A DNA stretch of 64,000 nt from Gekko japonicus (GCF_001447785.1 NW_015176011.1:95219-159218), one strand, 5' to 3'. Positions 12,277 to 27,100 are shown, numbered from the stretch's first letter. Made by a program: numbers and translations. The notes: generated by a model from the sequence alone, not told the origin.

Positions 12277-15010
12277 CCCTGGTGACAACTAACCGAGCCC
12301 TACATGTCTGGGATATTTTGTCACTTAGCTTTTACTGGCATTTTTGTGACTGTGCATTTAACAACTCTTTTGGGGGGGGGGGGTATTTTTGTATTTTGTG
12401 TGTATGTGTGTGTGCCCATGCCTGGAAGTTGTGGTGACCTCTGGCAACTCCTACTGGGACATGGAGGACGTTCAGAGAAGTGACTTGATAGCCTGCCTCT
12501 GCCTCCCATCCCTGGTATTCTTCCAATGTCTGGCGAGATTGGGCTTGCCTGGGCTATCCTGGTCAGCGCTATACCAACTCTTTTGCTTACGAAGTTAAAA
12601 AAATCAGCTTTTCTTGATGATTTTTGAACTGTTCTGTTGGATCTTTGCCTTTGGTGAAAGTTCTGGCCCTGTTTTTAACTCAGATTCGGCCACACACCCT
12701 TTGGAAGATGAAAAGTCTGTACTCTGTGCAGCTGGTATTCAGAGGTATACTGCCTCTAAACCTGGAGGTTCTGTTTAGCTATCAGGGCTAACAACCACAG
12801 GTCACTTCATCCTTTGTGAATTAGTCTAATCCCACTTTTAAAGCTATTTGTGCCGGTTGCCAGCAGTACACCTTATGGCACTGAAGTCCATCAATTAATT
12901 ATGCATTATATGAAGAACAAAACCAACTTTGGGCTCCTGGGCCATCAGTTTGTTTATTTATTTTATGTATGTGTTTATTTTTAACTTCATTTATACCCCC
13001 GCCATTCTCCCCAAGTGGGGACCCTCACCCAAAGCAGCTTACTTTATTTCTCTCACCTCCATTTTATTCTACGAAAAACCCTGCGAGGTAGGGTCGGACT
13101 CCAGCGGAGAATAGGATGGAGCTTGGGGCTGTGGTACCCTCCAGCATTCCCATTTATAGGTCCCATCCCAGGAAGAGCCCCAGAACAGGGCATTGGGAGG
13201 GGGGCTTCACCCTGGTCCCTCTCTCTTTCACACCAGTTACCTTTCCCATGGCTTCCTGGGAGTGGCCTGATCCTGCCTCCCTGGTCTTCCCTGGGACGGC
13301 CTAATTAAGGATTTTATGGGAGTGGGCTGACCCACCCCAGACTCCCCCAATGCCCTCACATCGGGGGGGGGGCATGGTGATTGAAGGACATCTGGGCCAA
13401 AGGCTGTCCTGGGTGGGGCTGGGCGGGCCCCTTCGCCGAGCCCAAGGAGGCCCCATTGCTGCCAACCGCCTTCTCTGGCCTGTTGAGAGCCAGTTTGGAG
13501 TAGTGGTTAAGTGTGCAGACTCTAATCTGGGAGAACCGGGTTTGATTCCCCACTCCTCCACTTGCACCTGCTGATGTGAGTATGTATGTGTGTGTGCCCA
13601 TGCTTGGAAGTTGTGGCGTCAGTCACAAGCTTGGGTCAGTCCTTGAAAAAGAGCCGTTTCTGTCAGAGCGCTCTCAGCCCCACCCACCTCACAGGGTGTC
13701 TGTTGTGGGGAGGGGAGGGAAAGGAGTTTGTAAGCCGCTCTGAGACTCCAAGTGAAGGGCNNNNNNNNNNNNNNNNNNNNNNNNNNNNNNNNNNNNNNNN
13801 NNNNNNNNNNNNNNNNNNNNNNNNNNNNNNNNNNNNNNNNNNNNNNNNNNNNNNNNNNNNNNNNNNNNNNNNNNNNNNNNNNNNNNNNNNNNCCCACCTT
13901 CCTCCTGAGGCGTGTGCCGGGCCTGCCAAGCTCTGAGGCTGCTGGCGGTGCATTTCTAGGCATGTCCTTGCCCTTGCTTCCTCTCTCACAGCCTCTGGCT
14001 AGACCGCCTGCCTTAGCAGTGCCTTGGTGAGGCCGTTGACTGCCAGCGTCTCCTCCGGAGTAGTGAATGCGGCTGTGGGGCTGCCACCACCTTCAGACAC
14101 TCTAACTACTACACCACACTGGTCCTTATTAGCCACTTGTACCTCCCCCAACAAAACATGCCAAAATGCATTAAAATTATGAACAGACTTTAATAAAATA
14201 ATACATCAAAGACAACAAGATAAATGGTAGTTTAAAACTATTCTTAAAAGACCACTGGAACCAACAGTCATTTAAATAAATAGGACACATCAAAGTTCTT
14301 TGTAAGAGCAAAGTGGGTTCATAACATTATTTTAAATAAGTAATTATATGACATTAAAACGATCTAGCACCATCAGAGAAGAAGCATCCATTCAATCAAA
14401 GCCGGTACCTATCAGTACAACTATCCAAAGGCATAAAGCAAAAACGACAGAACGACACTATATGCCAGCCTCACAGAATCAATCCAAAAGTTGTGCAGAT
14501 CAAAAAAGTCCTCACCTGGCACCTAAAACTTAAATGACCAGATGCCAAGTGAACTGCCAAGGCTGTGGATCTGAAAGCCTGTGCCCTAAACAGCCCCTTC
14601 ATTTCCCACCAGTCTAACCTGAGCTGCTTCTTGGTACAGAAATGCTGTGGGGATCTTGGAATTAACGGCCTCTCTGACTCAAGCAACTGACAGCGAAGAA
14701 GAGACCTGAGGAATTTCCCCCACAAAGTCTGTTCACTTTCTTCGTGGTCAAAACAAGATTTCTTCCTCCCTCTGGCTCTATAAAGAGCTGATGAGAGATG
14801 ATTCACTCAAATGTTTTATGCAAATCTCTTATATTTTTATGTTCAGATATTGAAATATAAAAAAAATTCCTTGTGTCAAAGTAATTTCTTTAAGGTATTA
14901 TTAACCTTGCCTGCCTCTGCAAAAGACGTAGTCTGAGAACTTTCCCTGCCTTATATTTTCAAAGGCGTTTTCAATCTTATTATCCTGATAACATTCCCAT
15001 TTTACAAATG

Positions 15011-15556
15011 GGAAAAGGAAGAGATAGTTAGTTTTTTCTTTTCTTTCACTCTGACTTTGACAGCTCTGTGACAGGCAGAAATCCAGCAGGTAACACAGAT
15101 GGAATTTATTTATTTATGTATTTTGTATCCCGCCCTCCCTGCCATATATATAAATATTAAAACGACAAGACATGTTAAGACACAAAAATTAAATTAAAAC
15201 CATAACATATATAGTTTTGATTTCCAGGAACATAAATATTAATAAAATATTAATAAAACATGTTAATACAAGATGTTAATACAAGATGGCAGTGTTCTCT
15301 CCACATCTGTCGGTTCAGTCTTTACTAGTGTTCCCCAATCCACTGTTAATTCAGGAAAAGGAAGAGATAGTTAGTTTTTTCTTTTCTTTCACTCTGACTT
15401 TGACAGCTCTGTGACAGGCAGAAATCCAGCAGGTAACACAGATGGAATTTATTTATTTATGTATTTTGTATCCCGCCCTCCCTGCCATATATATAAATAT
15501 TAAAACGACAAGACATGTTAAGACACAAAAATTAAATTAAAACCATAACATATATA
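15011..15556 (+). repeat. 203-bp identical direct duplication
   Basis: 15011-15213 = 15354-15556. Confidence 0.85.
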
Positions 15557-17829
15557 CCAATCCCTTTTGCTTTACAGACTCACAACTTAAAGTCAACCTT
15601 CTTTCTGCCTCACTCTGATCCAGCCCTACCACAAGGGCACATGGGTATAATCCTCCACACCCCAGGGAAGATTTGTTTGGCGTCTAATGAGGACTTTGCT
15701 TTGACACATGGGTGCAAAGGATTTATCATTTGCTGTTCTGCGCAAGTGCTCCCCAGATGAGGAACAATGAATAAAAACAGTAAAAATTGGCTTTAACACA
15801 AAAAGGCATTCCAAATGAATGGCTCAGCCAAAAGGCAGGGGGAAAAAATTAAAGGCATTATATAACTTCCCTAAATAAACTCCCTAACTATATTAATTAG
15901 GCTTCAGTTATGTAATTTACCGGAATACCCCTAGGTCTCTTTTTTAATTCGGTGTTAACACCAGCTATCCTATAGAGCTGTGGTGATGAAGCCAGATTTT
16001 CATACATTTTAGGAAGCTCAACAATTGCAGATGAAGGGCATTTTGAACTCTCGGGTATACAAACATCCAGGTCTGGTCACGTGATAATACTGAATTTGGT
16101 AGTTAGCCGTAACTCTTAATTTTATCACTTCTGTTTAACTTCAGGCACTTTTAGGGACCTTCCCCGAGAAAAACTGCTGCAGATGACAGGTTTCTGTCCC
16201 AACATCTTCCAGAGAATTCATTCAGCTTCTCTGAAATCCCCTTATCCTACTTCATTAATCTTTATTTTCATGCATCAGGTCCTAACAGTCTCACTGCCCC
16301 CTTTGGCTGGTTTCTTGCTGCACATATATGAAGACTTTTTATTATTTGCCTTAATAATACATTCAGACTCTTTTTGTTTTGCATTACTCATTGTCATCTT
16401 TTCCCCCCTCAGGGCTGGAGCACCTTTTTATTGTCCTCACTTGTGCCAGTCTTCCACTTCTTCAAGAAAACCCTTTGTGCACCTTTTATCTGAGCTTCTA
16501 TTACCGTACATTGCACTGTTTATTGGATGTATTATACTTTTGTTATCATGTGGTTCTAGTTGTACCAGTCTTACACTTCTTCAAGGAAACCCTTGTGCCT
16601 TCTATAGCTTCCTTGATTTTGCTCAGTAACCCCCACTGGACTTGTTTTCTTCCTTTTAAAATCCATGGTGTACCTTTTATCTGAGCGTCTGTTACATTGC
16701 ACTGTTCATTGGATGTATTACACTTTTGTTATCATGTGGTTCTAGTTGTAAAATCCAGCTTTCTGGATTATTGTTCCCTAACTGTGAAATATAGTTTAAG
16801 GGACGTATCATGTTGCTTTTATTTCATTGTTCTTTAATTGTGCAATCCAGTTTCATTGCATTGTCCTTTGTATGCATTATACTGGTTCTCATTGCATTGC
16901 TTTTATAAATCTGTAATCTACATTGAGTCTCAATGAGAAATGTAGGCACTCGATGCAGTAAAATACATGCATAACTAGCATGCCATGAGCCCAGATGGGT
17001 ATCACACCAGAGTGTGAACTAAGCAGGTATAGTTGCTTTGCACAGGTAGCAGGCCAGTTGAAATTAGCAACTGTACACAGTTCCACATGTGAGGGGTTTT
17101 TTTGCCTCAGGCCTCAGACTTCAGGGCACCCTGCTTTGCACGGGTAGCAGGCCAGTTGAAATTAGCAACTGCACACAGTTCCACATGTGAGTTTGTTTGC
17201 CTCAGGCCTCAGACTTCAGGGCACCAAGGCTTGGGAGCTGTCCAGCAGTGCTAGCAAAGCTGGGAAAGGGTCAGTTGCCTAGAGGTCAACAGACAGTGCT
17301 GAACAGTAAGGTAGCTCTCCAGTAGTTGCAAACTAGATAGCCAGAGCTGGTCCCAGTCCTACCGGTAACTTCCAGGGAGTCAGGGGTCATTTCCTGCGGG
17401 AACGCACAGGAGCGGAGCTCCGGCAGTAAGAAGCCCAGGGTCAGATCTCGGAAGCTAAGCAGGGTCAGCCCTGGTTAGTATTTGAATAGGAGACCACCAA
17501 GGAAAACAAGGGTTGCTACACAGAGGCAGATAATGGCTAACCACCTCTGAATGTCTCTGGCCTTGAAAACCCCAAGGGTCGCCATAAATTGGCTGCCCCT
17601 TGACGGCATTTTCCACCGTCAGTGCTGACAAAGAGCAACACTTCCTCCATCTGAGAAGAGGTGTTGCTGCATGTGCATTGCATCTTCCAAACTGGGTTTC
17701 AGTTTGGGCTCATTCACATCTGTTCTCCTGAAATCCCAAGGCTGATGGTTTGGGATCTAGAGGTAGATGTTCCAGTTGGGGTTGGTTGGTTGATTCATTC
17801 ATTCGTTCACTCATTCAGTGTGACTTCTA

Positions 17830-18760
17830 GCCCTCCCTCTCCTGCACAGCAAGGCTCAAGGCAGGTTACAACAATACAGTCACTAATATAAACACAACAA
17901 TTAGGCATAAATATAGATAATCATTAAAAACCCTGTAAATCCATATTCACAGTCCGATGGCAGACAAAAGCACCGTTTAATACCTCCACTCTCAGCAGAG
18001 ACTCTGCCTATGTACATCAATAGCTGTTGCCTAGCACTGAGGCAAGTGGGTGGATGAGAAGGCAACTAAGACAAGGCAACAATAGAACTGGACACGGGGA
18101 GGCCAAACCGGATGGATTTCCGCTGCCTCAGCCATAGGCCTGGTGGAACAACTCTGTTTTACAGGCCCTGCGGAACTGCATTAGGTCCCACAGGGCCCGA
18201 CTCGCACCTGGGAGAATGTTCCACCAGGCCAGTGCCAGAGCTGAGAAGGCCCTGGCTCTGGTTGAGGCTAAGCGGATATCCTTTGGGCTAAGGATCACCA
18301 GGAGATGTTGGTCCATAGAGTGTGATGCTCTTTGAGGGACATACCAGGAGAGACAGTCCTGAAGGTATGTTGGTCCCCAACCGCATAGGGCTTTGAAGGT
18401 TAAAACCAAAACCTTGAGCTTGATCCGGAATTCAACTGGGAGCCAGTGCAGCTCACCGAGCACCTGTTGTATATGGGCTTTCATGTTCCTATGAGAACAC
18501 GCACAGTTGCATTCTGGATCAGCTGCAGTTTCCGGGTCTGTCTCAAGGATAGCCCTGCATAAAGCGAGTTACAGTGATCCAGCCTGGAGGTGACCATTGC
18601 ATGGATCACTGTAGCCAAGTCATGAGGAGAGTGGTATGGAGCCAGTTGCCTGACCTGACGGAGGTGGGAAAATGCCGATCTGGTAGCAATCGTGATTTGG
18701 GCCTCCACTGAAGTGAGGCATCCAAAATCACACCCAGACTCTTCACTGTGGGCTCACCCA
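17830..18760 (-). mobile_element. L2 LINE 3' remnant (RT C-terminus)
   Basis: ORFs LATVIHAMVTSRLDHCNSLYAGL...LQLIQNA and LHWLPVEFRIKLKVLVLTFKAL. Confidence 0.9.
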
Positions 18761-18959
18761 GTTCCCTGATTCTGCAAGTTCCCTAGGTAGGGATTTCCCC
18801 CCTCGATGATAGCCTCAGAAGGTCCCTTCAAGTGCTGTGACTCTCCCAGGTATGTGGTGGGCCAAGGGGGGGATTCTCATCTTGCTCTGGTACTGGACAT
18901 AGGTAGGTTCTGACACAGATCCTTTGGGATAGGAAGGGCAGGACAGAGGCCATCTAAAT

Positions 18960-19160
18960 AAGCCCATTCAGTGAAATCTCTCATCAGATCCTCAGCACGA
19001 CTCAGAATGAAGTCAAGCGGCACTTCCCCACGAGTCAGCTCCATGACTAACAATTCTATGAAACAGTCATTGATCATATCTAGAAATGTGGCCTCTCTGT
19101 CATGACTTGAATGTGCATTTACCCACTTCATGAGGTGGTAGCTGAAGTCATCCATTATTC
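18960..19160 (-). mobile_element. CR1 LINE endonuclease remnant
   Basis: FLDMINDCFIELLVMELTRGEVPLDFILS. Confidence 0.78.
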
Positions 19161-20220
19161 CACTCCCACCCCCTTTTGGTACCCCCTCCCCCCATTTCTT
19201 TCTCCATCTCAAGATCACCTTCTGAGTTTGGGCTGGGTGGGGGGAAAAGAAGCACCATATTCCCTGCCGCCACCCCACCCCCCGCCCCCAGTGCTATATT
19301 ACACTTCGGGCCTAGTATTTCCATCCACACTGATTCTCTGTCCTTGATCTTTTTCTATGTTCTAGTTTACTAGACCCTGTGCCCTTTGACATATAGAACA
19401 ACCCATATGCTCTTTCCTGTCTTTTGACAGATTTTTTTTTAAAAATCTACTGATAACTGTCAGTGCCATCTTAAGCAGTTACATCTTTCTAAGCCCATTG
19501 TTTAAGAGGGCACTGTATACTTTCATAGTCCCTTTTAGTATGAAGCATTCCAATTCCTCCAGCATGGCTTGAAGGCTTCTGGTGTTCACACATATAAGCA
19601 CCTATGTCCTTCACCAACAGCGCAGTTCTATGCAGAGTGACTTTGTTCTAGTCATTCACTGTAAATAGCTGTGCAGTTTTTGCCAGGGTGCTTTGGTCTT
19701 CTTGTTAATCTAAACGACTGCCACTTGTCTCTGTCTGCTCATTGCCATGGTCTGCCCTGTCCCACTCTGAAGACCTGAGACATTCACACTCTCATTCTTA
19801 AGAGATGAGCCATTCTGAATGCTCCCCCAGCTCCTCTCCGCAAAGGCATGACAGGTACCCCAGCCTGCACTAGGGCAGGGGTGGAGCCAAGGAACAAGCC
19901 GTGATTAAGCCAGGACACCACAAACCAGTTCCAGATCCTGGTTTGATGGATCCTAACTAACCATAGTAGTGGAGCGGTCTGCATTCCAACAATTAGACCC
20001 ATCATAATGCGCTAAATTAAGCCATGCTTTCATGTGGGATTTGAACGGAATCTTTGTTATTTTTGCTGCAACAGGCAAGCATAGCAACCCCTTTGGAACC
20101 ATTTTCTAATAAGCAGAAACCCGGATCAACGATGAGATGGAACATTTTAAAGGAAAATCACGTGTTAGGTTGACCAGCACATACTGCTTTGGAAGCCACG
20201 GCAGGGCTGGCTTAAAAGAA

Positions 20221-20270
20221 GAAGAAGAGGCGGAGGAGGAGGAGGAGGAGGAGGAGGAGGAGGAGGAGGA
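20221..20270 (+). repeat. (GAG)n microsatellite (SINE tail)
   Basis: Direct observation. Confidence 0.9.
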
Positions 20271-20713
20271 GATTGGATTTATACCCCGCCCTTCACTATC
20301 CAAAGGAGTCTCAGAGCGGCTTACAAACTCCTTTCCCTTCCCCTCCCCACAACAGACATAACAGAAAAAAGAGTATAACTACCGCTAGAGAAATCTTTAG
20401 CAGTGTTAGGTAGGCAGTGGTAGTTAACTCATGGCATACATGGTGATAGCTACACACCAGACCCAGACCTCTGGGCAAGCGAGGCACTGACAGCACTGCT
20501 GGGACCAGCAATGCAGGAGAAAGGAACTGGCATGGCCCATGCCTACCTTCATGTCCCAGACCTGCACAGCTGCCAGCCAAGTCCACCATGAATCCTCTGA
20601 GGTTCTGGCAGTACCTCTGGAGTCTGGCTTGTTCTAAGCACATCTGGCCAAGTACAATCCTTGTCTTTTCTCCTTCCACCCCATCCTGGTCACTATTTTG
20701 TTTATTAGAACAC

Positions 20714-21165
20714 CAGTGGGTCACTTTGTAGAAAAAGAGGTACAGGAGCTCATTATCATAACTTATTAGCTAATGCCACACCCCCTGACATCACGGGAAG
20801 CTCAGGCTCCACTGGACTGTTTCGGATTGCTAGCTATGGGGGGGGGGATGTGCAGATCTGTCCTCGCAGAGGAGGGAGAGCTTGTACTTGAATAAAACTT
20901 GGTCTTAAAGGTGCCACTGGACTGTTTTGGGTTGGTAGCTATGGGGGGGATGGACGTGCAGATCTGCCCTCACAGAGGAGGGAGAGCTTGTACCTGAAGG
21001 TGGGCCGGGGGGGGGCTCTGCAACTTACCTGGCTGCTTCTTGCTCCTTGTAGCCTGACTGAGGGCTGCTGGGAGCAGGGGGCGGGGCTTGTTGCTTGTGC
21101 CCGCCCCCTGGCCTCCTTACTGCCAGAGCTCCACTCCTGTGCGCTCCCGCAGGAAATGACCCTTG
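20714..21165 (-). mobile_element. hAT-type MITE family A copy
   Basis: Reverse-complement match to 9646-10045. Confidence 0.8.
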
Positions 21166-22952
21166 AACACCACCATCCTCACACGTAGATGATGCATTTT
21201 TTAGCACTTGAACCAAAGAAGTTTGCCTACCACTGACTAAATAGGTTGTGACAGTGATCCTTGGTGCGGGGAATGGGAGGGTGTTTTAGAGGCATATAAG
21301 GATATTGCTATTTTTGCCTGTGAAACATTTGTGAGTATGCTTTCTGTCTATCTGATTTTATCCTCATTCTTCCTCCAGGGAAAGTGAACTAGGAGCCGGG
21401 AGATGAGTTTTCAAGTCCCTGCTCTGCCATAAAGTTCAGTTGGTGACTTTGGACAAGACCCAGTGTGTCAGTGCTGTGAGGACAAAATGGGGGATAAAGG
21501 GGGGGGAGACCATGTACTGTGCTCCTTGTAGGAAGGGCAGGATAAACAAAGAAACACACAAACACACACACTATACACACGCACACACACACACCCTTAC
21601 AACTACCCTGTGAGATAAGTTTGGTTCAGAGAGTTTGTATTCAGATGTTCTCTATTTATTTATTTATTCATTTCATTTATACCCCTCCTTTCTCCCCAGT
21701 GGGGACCCAAAGTGCCTTACCATCCTTCTCCTCTCCTCCATTTTATCCTCACAACAACCCTGTGAGGTAGGTTAGGCTGAGAGTAGGTAACTTGCCCAAG
21801 GTCACCCCGCATGTTTCAGGGGATTCAAGCAAGGATTCGAACCTGGGGCTGTCTGTTCATCACCTTACTCTCTAACCACTATACCACATTGCCTCTGCGC
21901 TGCATAGCTTGTCCTTATTCAACCCCTGCAAGTTGAGATGTTACCAGANNNNNNNNNNNNNNNNNNNNNNNNNNNNNCCACTTTGCACATTCTCTTCCTA
22001 GCAGAACTTTCTCTCTAGACATGACTGAATGTTGCTTGGAAGTCATGGGGGGAAATTGCCTGAGGCACTGAGCTCATCTTACGGGGTTCCCAAAAAGGGG
22101 GGCAATTTTCTTCTAGGGACTCTCCCATCTGAGTAATCAGAAACCCCAAATCGTTCAGGCCACCTACTCCTTCCTCCTTGTTATCTGGGGAAATGACACC
22201 AGCACCCATTGTTGGTGACGCGGGCTCAGAGGGAGTAGGCCCGGGTAGTGCTATCTCGTCCTGAATGTGACACAAGAACCGGATGAATAAACATGGTGTT
22301 TCCTGACAACCTTGTCAAAGAAAGAAAAAAGACTCCTTCCACTCACGCTTTAGAGGATTTAGTTGGTTTCTTTAAACAGCTTGCAGGAACTCGTCAAGAT
22401 TCGGCCAACGGTAAAACGTGTTAGCAGACAACGTAACCGTTACCCGGGAATAATGCAGAGAGCCGGAAGACAGCCATCATTCTAAGCGGTCGGCAATTTT
22501 TCTATTTCCATATTTTTAAATACATCACAATATGCAAAATGGAGCAGTCTGCCTACTGACCAGGATTAGCTGTTAGGTGCACATGATGCCTCTATTAAAG
22601 CAGCTGTCCCGGGTTCTAGCTTGCCTCTGAGCTGGGTTCAAGATGTTGGGACACACCCTCAAAGCCCTTCATAGCTCGCTGGCTCCCACATATCTAAAGA
22701 AACCTCTCTCACTCCCTGTGTGCCACCAGTGCACCATCTTGGTTTAACTCAGCATTACATCTCTGGTTTGCTTTGTGCAGCACTTGCTCCAGAGTCTTCT
22801 CTATTGCCCCCCCCACCCCCATTGGTTGATCTCCTGGATACAGTGAAGAAGATGCCTCCCCCCTAAGCTTTTAGAAGGGCATACAGCTCAGATCAGTAAT
22901 TATTCATCTTGTTTTTATTGTTTATTGTAAGCTGCTCCGAGCTCCCAGGAGG

Positions 22953-23473
22953 ACAGGGTAGAAATGTTTCTGGACTGATGGATAAAAGTACAGCAGTTCA
23001 TTTCAGTCAGTTTTGCACATGAGACTTCATAAACCATGGTGCAAAAGGGCTGGTAGGAAGCACTGGTAAGAAAGTGGTCAATGCAGTGTCTCCCATCTTC
23101 AAACTTCCAGTGAAAGACTGTATAAATTAAATTCATGTGGGGTAGCTGTGTTGGTCGGAAGCAGCACAACAAAGTTTGAGTCCAGAGGCACCTTTAAGAC
23201 CAACAAAGTACAGGGTAGAAATGTTTCGGGACTGATGGATAAAAGTACAGCAGTTCATTTCAGTTTTGCACATGAGTCTTCATAAACCATGGTGCAAAAG
23301 GGCTGATATGAAGCACTGGCAAGAAAGTGGTCAATGCAGTGTCTCCCATCTTCCACTTCAAACTTCCAGTGAAAGACTGTATAAATTAAATTAAATTCAT
23401 GTGGGGTAGCTGTGTTGGTCGGAAGCAGCACAACAAAGTTTGAGTCCAGAGGCACCTTTACGACCAACAAAGT
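22953..23473 (+). repeat. ~260-bp diverged tandem duplication ending in Penelope terminus
   Basis: 22953-23209 vs 23210-23473 with small indels. Confidence 0.85.
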
Positions 23474-23557
23474 TTTATTTACAGTATAACTTTTCGTGTG
23501 CAAGCACACTTCCTCGGATACAGTGGAACAGAACCTCCTCAACCATTCCTTATAGGG

Positions 23558-23836
23558 CAGTGACGGCGAACCTTTTAGAGACCGAGTGCCCAAACTGCGG
23601 CCCAAAACCCACTTATTTATCGCAAAGTGCCAACATGGCAATTTAACCTGAATACTGAGGTTTTACTTTAGAAAAAACAACTCATACATTAACTTAAGAT
23701 GACACAAACAAAGTAAGGAAAGCAATCCCAAATACTTTTACTTAAAATTATTTGGCAGAGAATTCGACACTTTAATGATGGTCTGGACCTGGCTGGGGCA
23801 ATGGATGGGACCCGTGCCATAGGTTCACCACCACTG
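23558..23836 (+). mobile_element. Non-autonomous hAT element inserted in a Penelope fragment
   Basis: TIR CAGTGACGGCGAACCT/AGGTTCACCACCACTG, 8-bp TSD TTATAGGG. Confidence 0.85.
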
Positions 23837-24184
23837 TTATAGGGGATGGAGTGGGGGTTCTTGTCAGGAAGGGCCATTTAGAGTCAAGATGCATAAGTAC
23901 TGGGTGATTATAGCTGAGATTCGAAGGAAGAAAGATCTGTGAATGGCAGTACATTAGCATACAAATGTTAAACAGATGTGGGAATGCGGTTTCGAGTCCA
24001 CTGGTACCTACAAGACAAATAAAGTTCCATTCTAGGTACAAGCAAGAACTGAGAGACTTAGTATGTACACTCTGTCAGATTCATTGAAACAGATTTCCTC
24101 AAATATCACATATAGGTGGGGGTACACATGGGTAGAAGAAGTTAAAAGTTACTTTCCTCGTGCTTGCAAATGAAGTGACGTTTT

Positions 24185-27100
24185 GGCAAACACAGTCCCC
24201 AGCCATGTGCTGTGGCCTGCTAGGAGCCTGATGACTCCAGGTAGGGAGGACATATGAGGCTGCTTACATGGTGTGTGAGACCCTTGGTTCATCTAGCTCA
24301 GCAGTGTCCTACTCTGATCAGTAGCACCTCTCCAGGGTCTCAGGCAGAGAAAGGCCTTTCCTAACCACTGAGGTGCTTTGAATGCTGACCAATGGGATCG
24401 ATCCTGGTATCTTCTGCATGCAAAGCATGGACTTTCCCGCCCCCCGCCCCCCGAACGATACCCCTTCCTCTCCCAATAGAGTTGTATTCCTGGTTCACAT
24501 CTGCCTGCTTCCCAGTGCTGGGGCTTTCAAAGGCAGTGCCAACAGACCGTCCGCGGTGGCCCCTTCGGTTTGCCTCATGACAGGACTGCCTCCCGTCACC
24601 CCTTGAAGTAGCTTTACAAGCTGTTTCCCTTCATGCTTGTAGCATAGCTACCCCATAACATATTACACTGGAATATGACACCACCGTTGCTGAATCCAGA
24701 CTTGCCCTGGCATAGAATCAAACCCAGCCTGGGTTTTCTCTCCATCTGGAAAAAGGCCGAAGTGAGGAAGCAAAGTCACTGTCTGTCAGTCAGTCAGTCA
24801 GTGGGGGAGTGGGGGTGTGGGGGAGAGAAACAGCTGTGGGAGCCCTGGAGGGATCTTCAAAGCCAGCTCATTTCCCCACAGCTCAGCCCTGTGTCGAGGC
24901 AAAGGTGAGTCAATTCACAGGCCACAGCTTAACTGTCCTCTGGGTATGCCGTCACTGAGTCACCAGGAGCATTTCGGGAATAAGCCGAATGGCCACCTTG
25001 TGCCAAGGAACCATCCCTTCCCATCTCAGGCTTTTTATGGAGGCTTCCGTGGGCCTCTTCCCAGGGAATACAGAAACTGAAGACACTTTCCCAGAAGTAC
25101 CGGGGCTGCTGCCTAGAGTCCAGACATAATTCCTCTCTGCCTGGTACAAATTTGTAATATGGACGACCACCCCCCCTTTCTGTTCCTACTTCATACATAC
25201 CGTCTTTTGAGTCATGGAAGACAGAATACCTGGCTTTCCCCCAGTTCCATGTTTGGGCTCTGATGCCACATTTCCCACACTCTGGACTCTAAGAATTGTC
25301 TCAACTCTCCTGCCCCATCACTGCATACTCATGTTTTTTTTGGGGGGGATGCCACTTTGGGGAGTTCTGCCCAGCTAAAATGCTTTCTTCTGTCTCCATC
25401 TAGTACAGAAGTTGGCTCTCTACCTCAGCTCAGCCAATCTGGTCACACTGACTCAGGCCACAGTCACCGCAAGGCTGGACTACTGTAATGCACTCTTCAT
25501 GGGGCTGCCCTTGAAGACAATTTGGGAACTTCAGCTGGTGCAAAAAGCAGCAACTTGTCTACTGTCTGGAGCGAGTGGCAATGTGCATGTCACACCTGCT
25601 CTGAAACCACTGCATTGGCTGCCCATTTTGTTTCCATTCGAGTGCTGGTGACTATCTAGAAACCCCTTCATGGCCTGAGAGCCGCTGACTGCCTCTCCTG
25701 AGATGCTCCACTGCGACAGCTCCGTTCTGTGGAGCAAGGTTTGTTACAGGTCCTCCCATCTTTCCAGTCAGGTTAGAACAGCATCTGCTCTTTCCAGAAC
25801 ATTCTCTGGAATGCCCCCATGGGATGGAATGGCTGTGCTGAGGATTAGGAAGGCCACCGTGCTATTGGGTTTTTGGAGGCTGTGAAAAACTGAGTTGTTC
25901 AGACAGGCATGTTCTATAAATCTGAGCTCTCTGATGTTCTGGTTTTTAGAAAGTAAACAGAGACCAAATAAACAGAACTGGCACGCTAAGCTATGGAATA
26001 TGTATGTAATGGCAAGAATTACAGAGAGTGTTAATGATCCCTACTCTCAAAGAACACGATCTAATTCTTCTGTGACGTGGTCTCCTACATTACAGTATTT
26101 GGTGCAACAGAAGGAAATCCCCGATATTATAGATTTACTACAATTATGGTGAAATAATTAATAACGTGCCAAATGATTGTTAGGATTAACAAGGGGTGGA
26201 CCCGCGATACTCGCGGGGGGGGGGCAAACACAGTCCCCAGCCATGTGCTGTGGCCTGCTAGGAGCCTGATGACTCCAGGTAGGGAGGACATATGAGGCTG
26301 CTTACATGGTGTGTGAGACCCTTGGTTCATCTAGCTCAGCAGTGTCCTACTCTGATCAGTAGCACCTCTCCAGGGTCTCAGGCAGAGAAAGGCCTTTCCT
26401 AACCACTGAGGTGCTTTGAATGCTGACCAATGGGATCGATCCTGGTATCTTCTGCATGCAAAGCATGGACTTTCCCGCCCCCCGCCCCCCGAACGATACC
26501 CCTTCCTCTCCCAATAGAGTTGTATTCCTGGTTCACATCTGCCTGCTTCCCAGTGCTGGGGCTTTCAAAGGCAGTGCCAACAGACCGTCCGCGGTGGCCC
26601 CTTCGGTTTGCCTCATGACAGGACTGCCTCCCGTCACCCCTTGAAGTAGCTTTACAAGCTGTTTCCCTTCATGCTTGTAGCATAGCTACCCCATAACATA
26701 TTACACTGGAATATGACACCACCGTTGCTGAATCCAGACTTGCCCTGGCATAGAATCAAACCCAGCCTGGGTTTTCTCTCCATCTGGAAAAAGGCCGAAG
26801 TGAGGAAGCAAAGTCACTGTCTGTCAGTCAGTCAGTCAGTGGGGGAGTGGGGGTGTGGGGGAGAGAAACAGCTGTGGGAGCCCTGGAGGGATCTTCAAAG
26901 CCAGCTCATTTCCCCACAGCTCAGCCCTGTGTCGAGGCAAAGGTGAGTCAATTCACAGGCCACAGCTTAACTGTCCTCTGGGTATGGTCACTGAGTCACC
27001 GGAAATAAGCCGAATGGCCACCTTGTGCCAAGGAACCATCCCTTCCCATCTCAGGCTTTTTATGGAGGCTTCCGTGGGCCTCTTCCCAGGGAATACAGAA

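Noticed and set aside
16183-16750. Hydrophobic 148-aa ORF
   Set aside because: T-rich repeat-derived sequence with an internal duplication
17442-17520. 5S rRNA gene
   Set aside because: Diverged partial 5S fused to an RTE-like tail, i.e. a SINE head
22015-22275. 86-aa minus-strand ORF
   Set aside because: Possibly a Gypsy-type remnant next to a gap; not supportable as a gene
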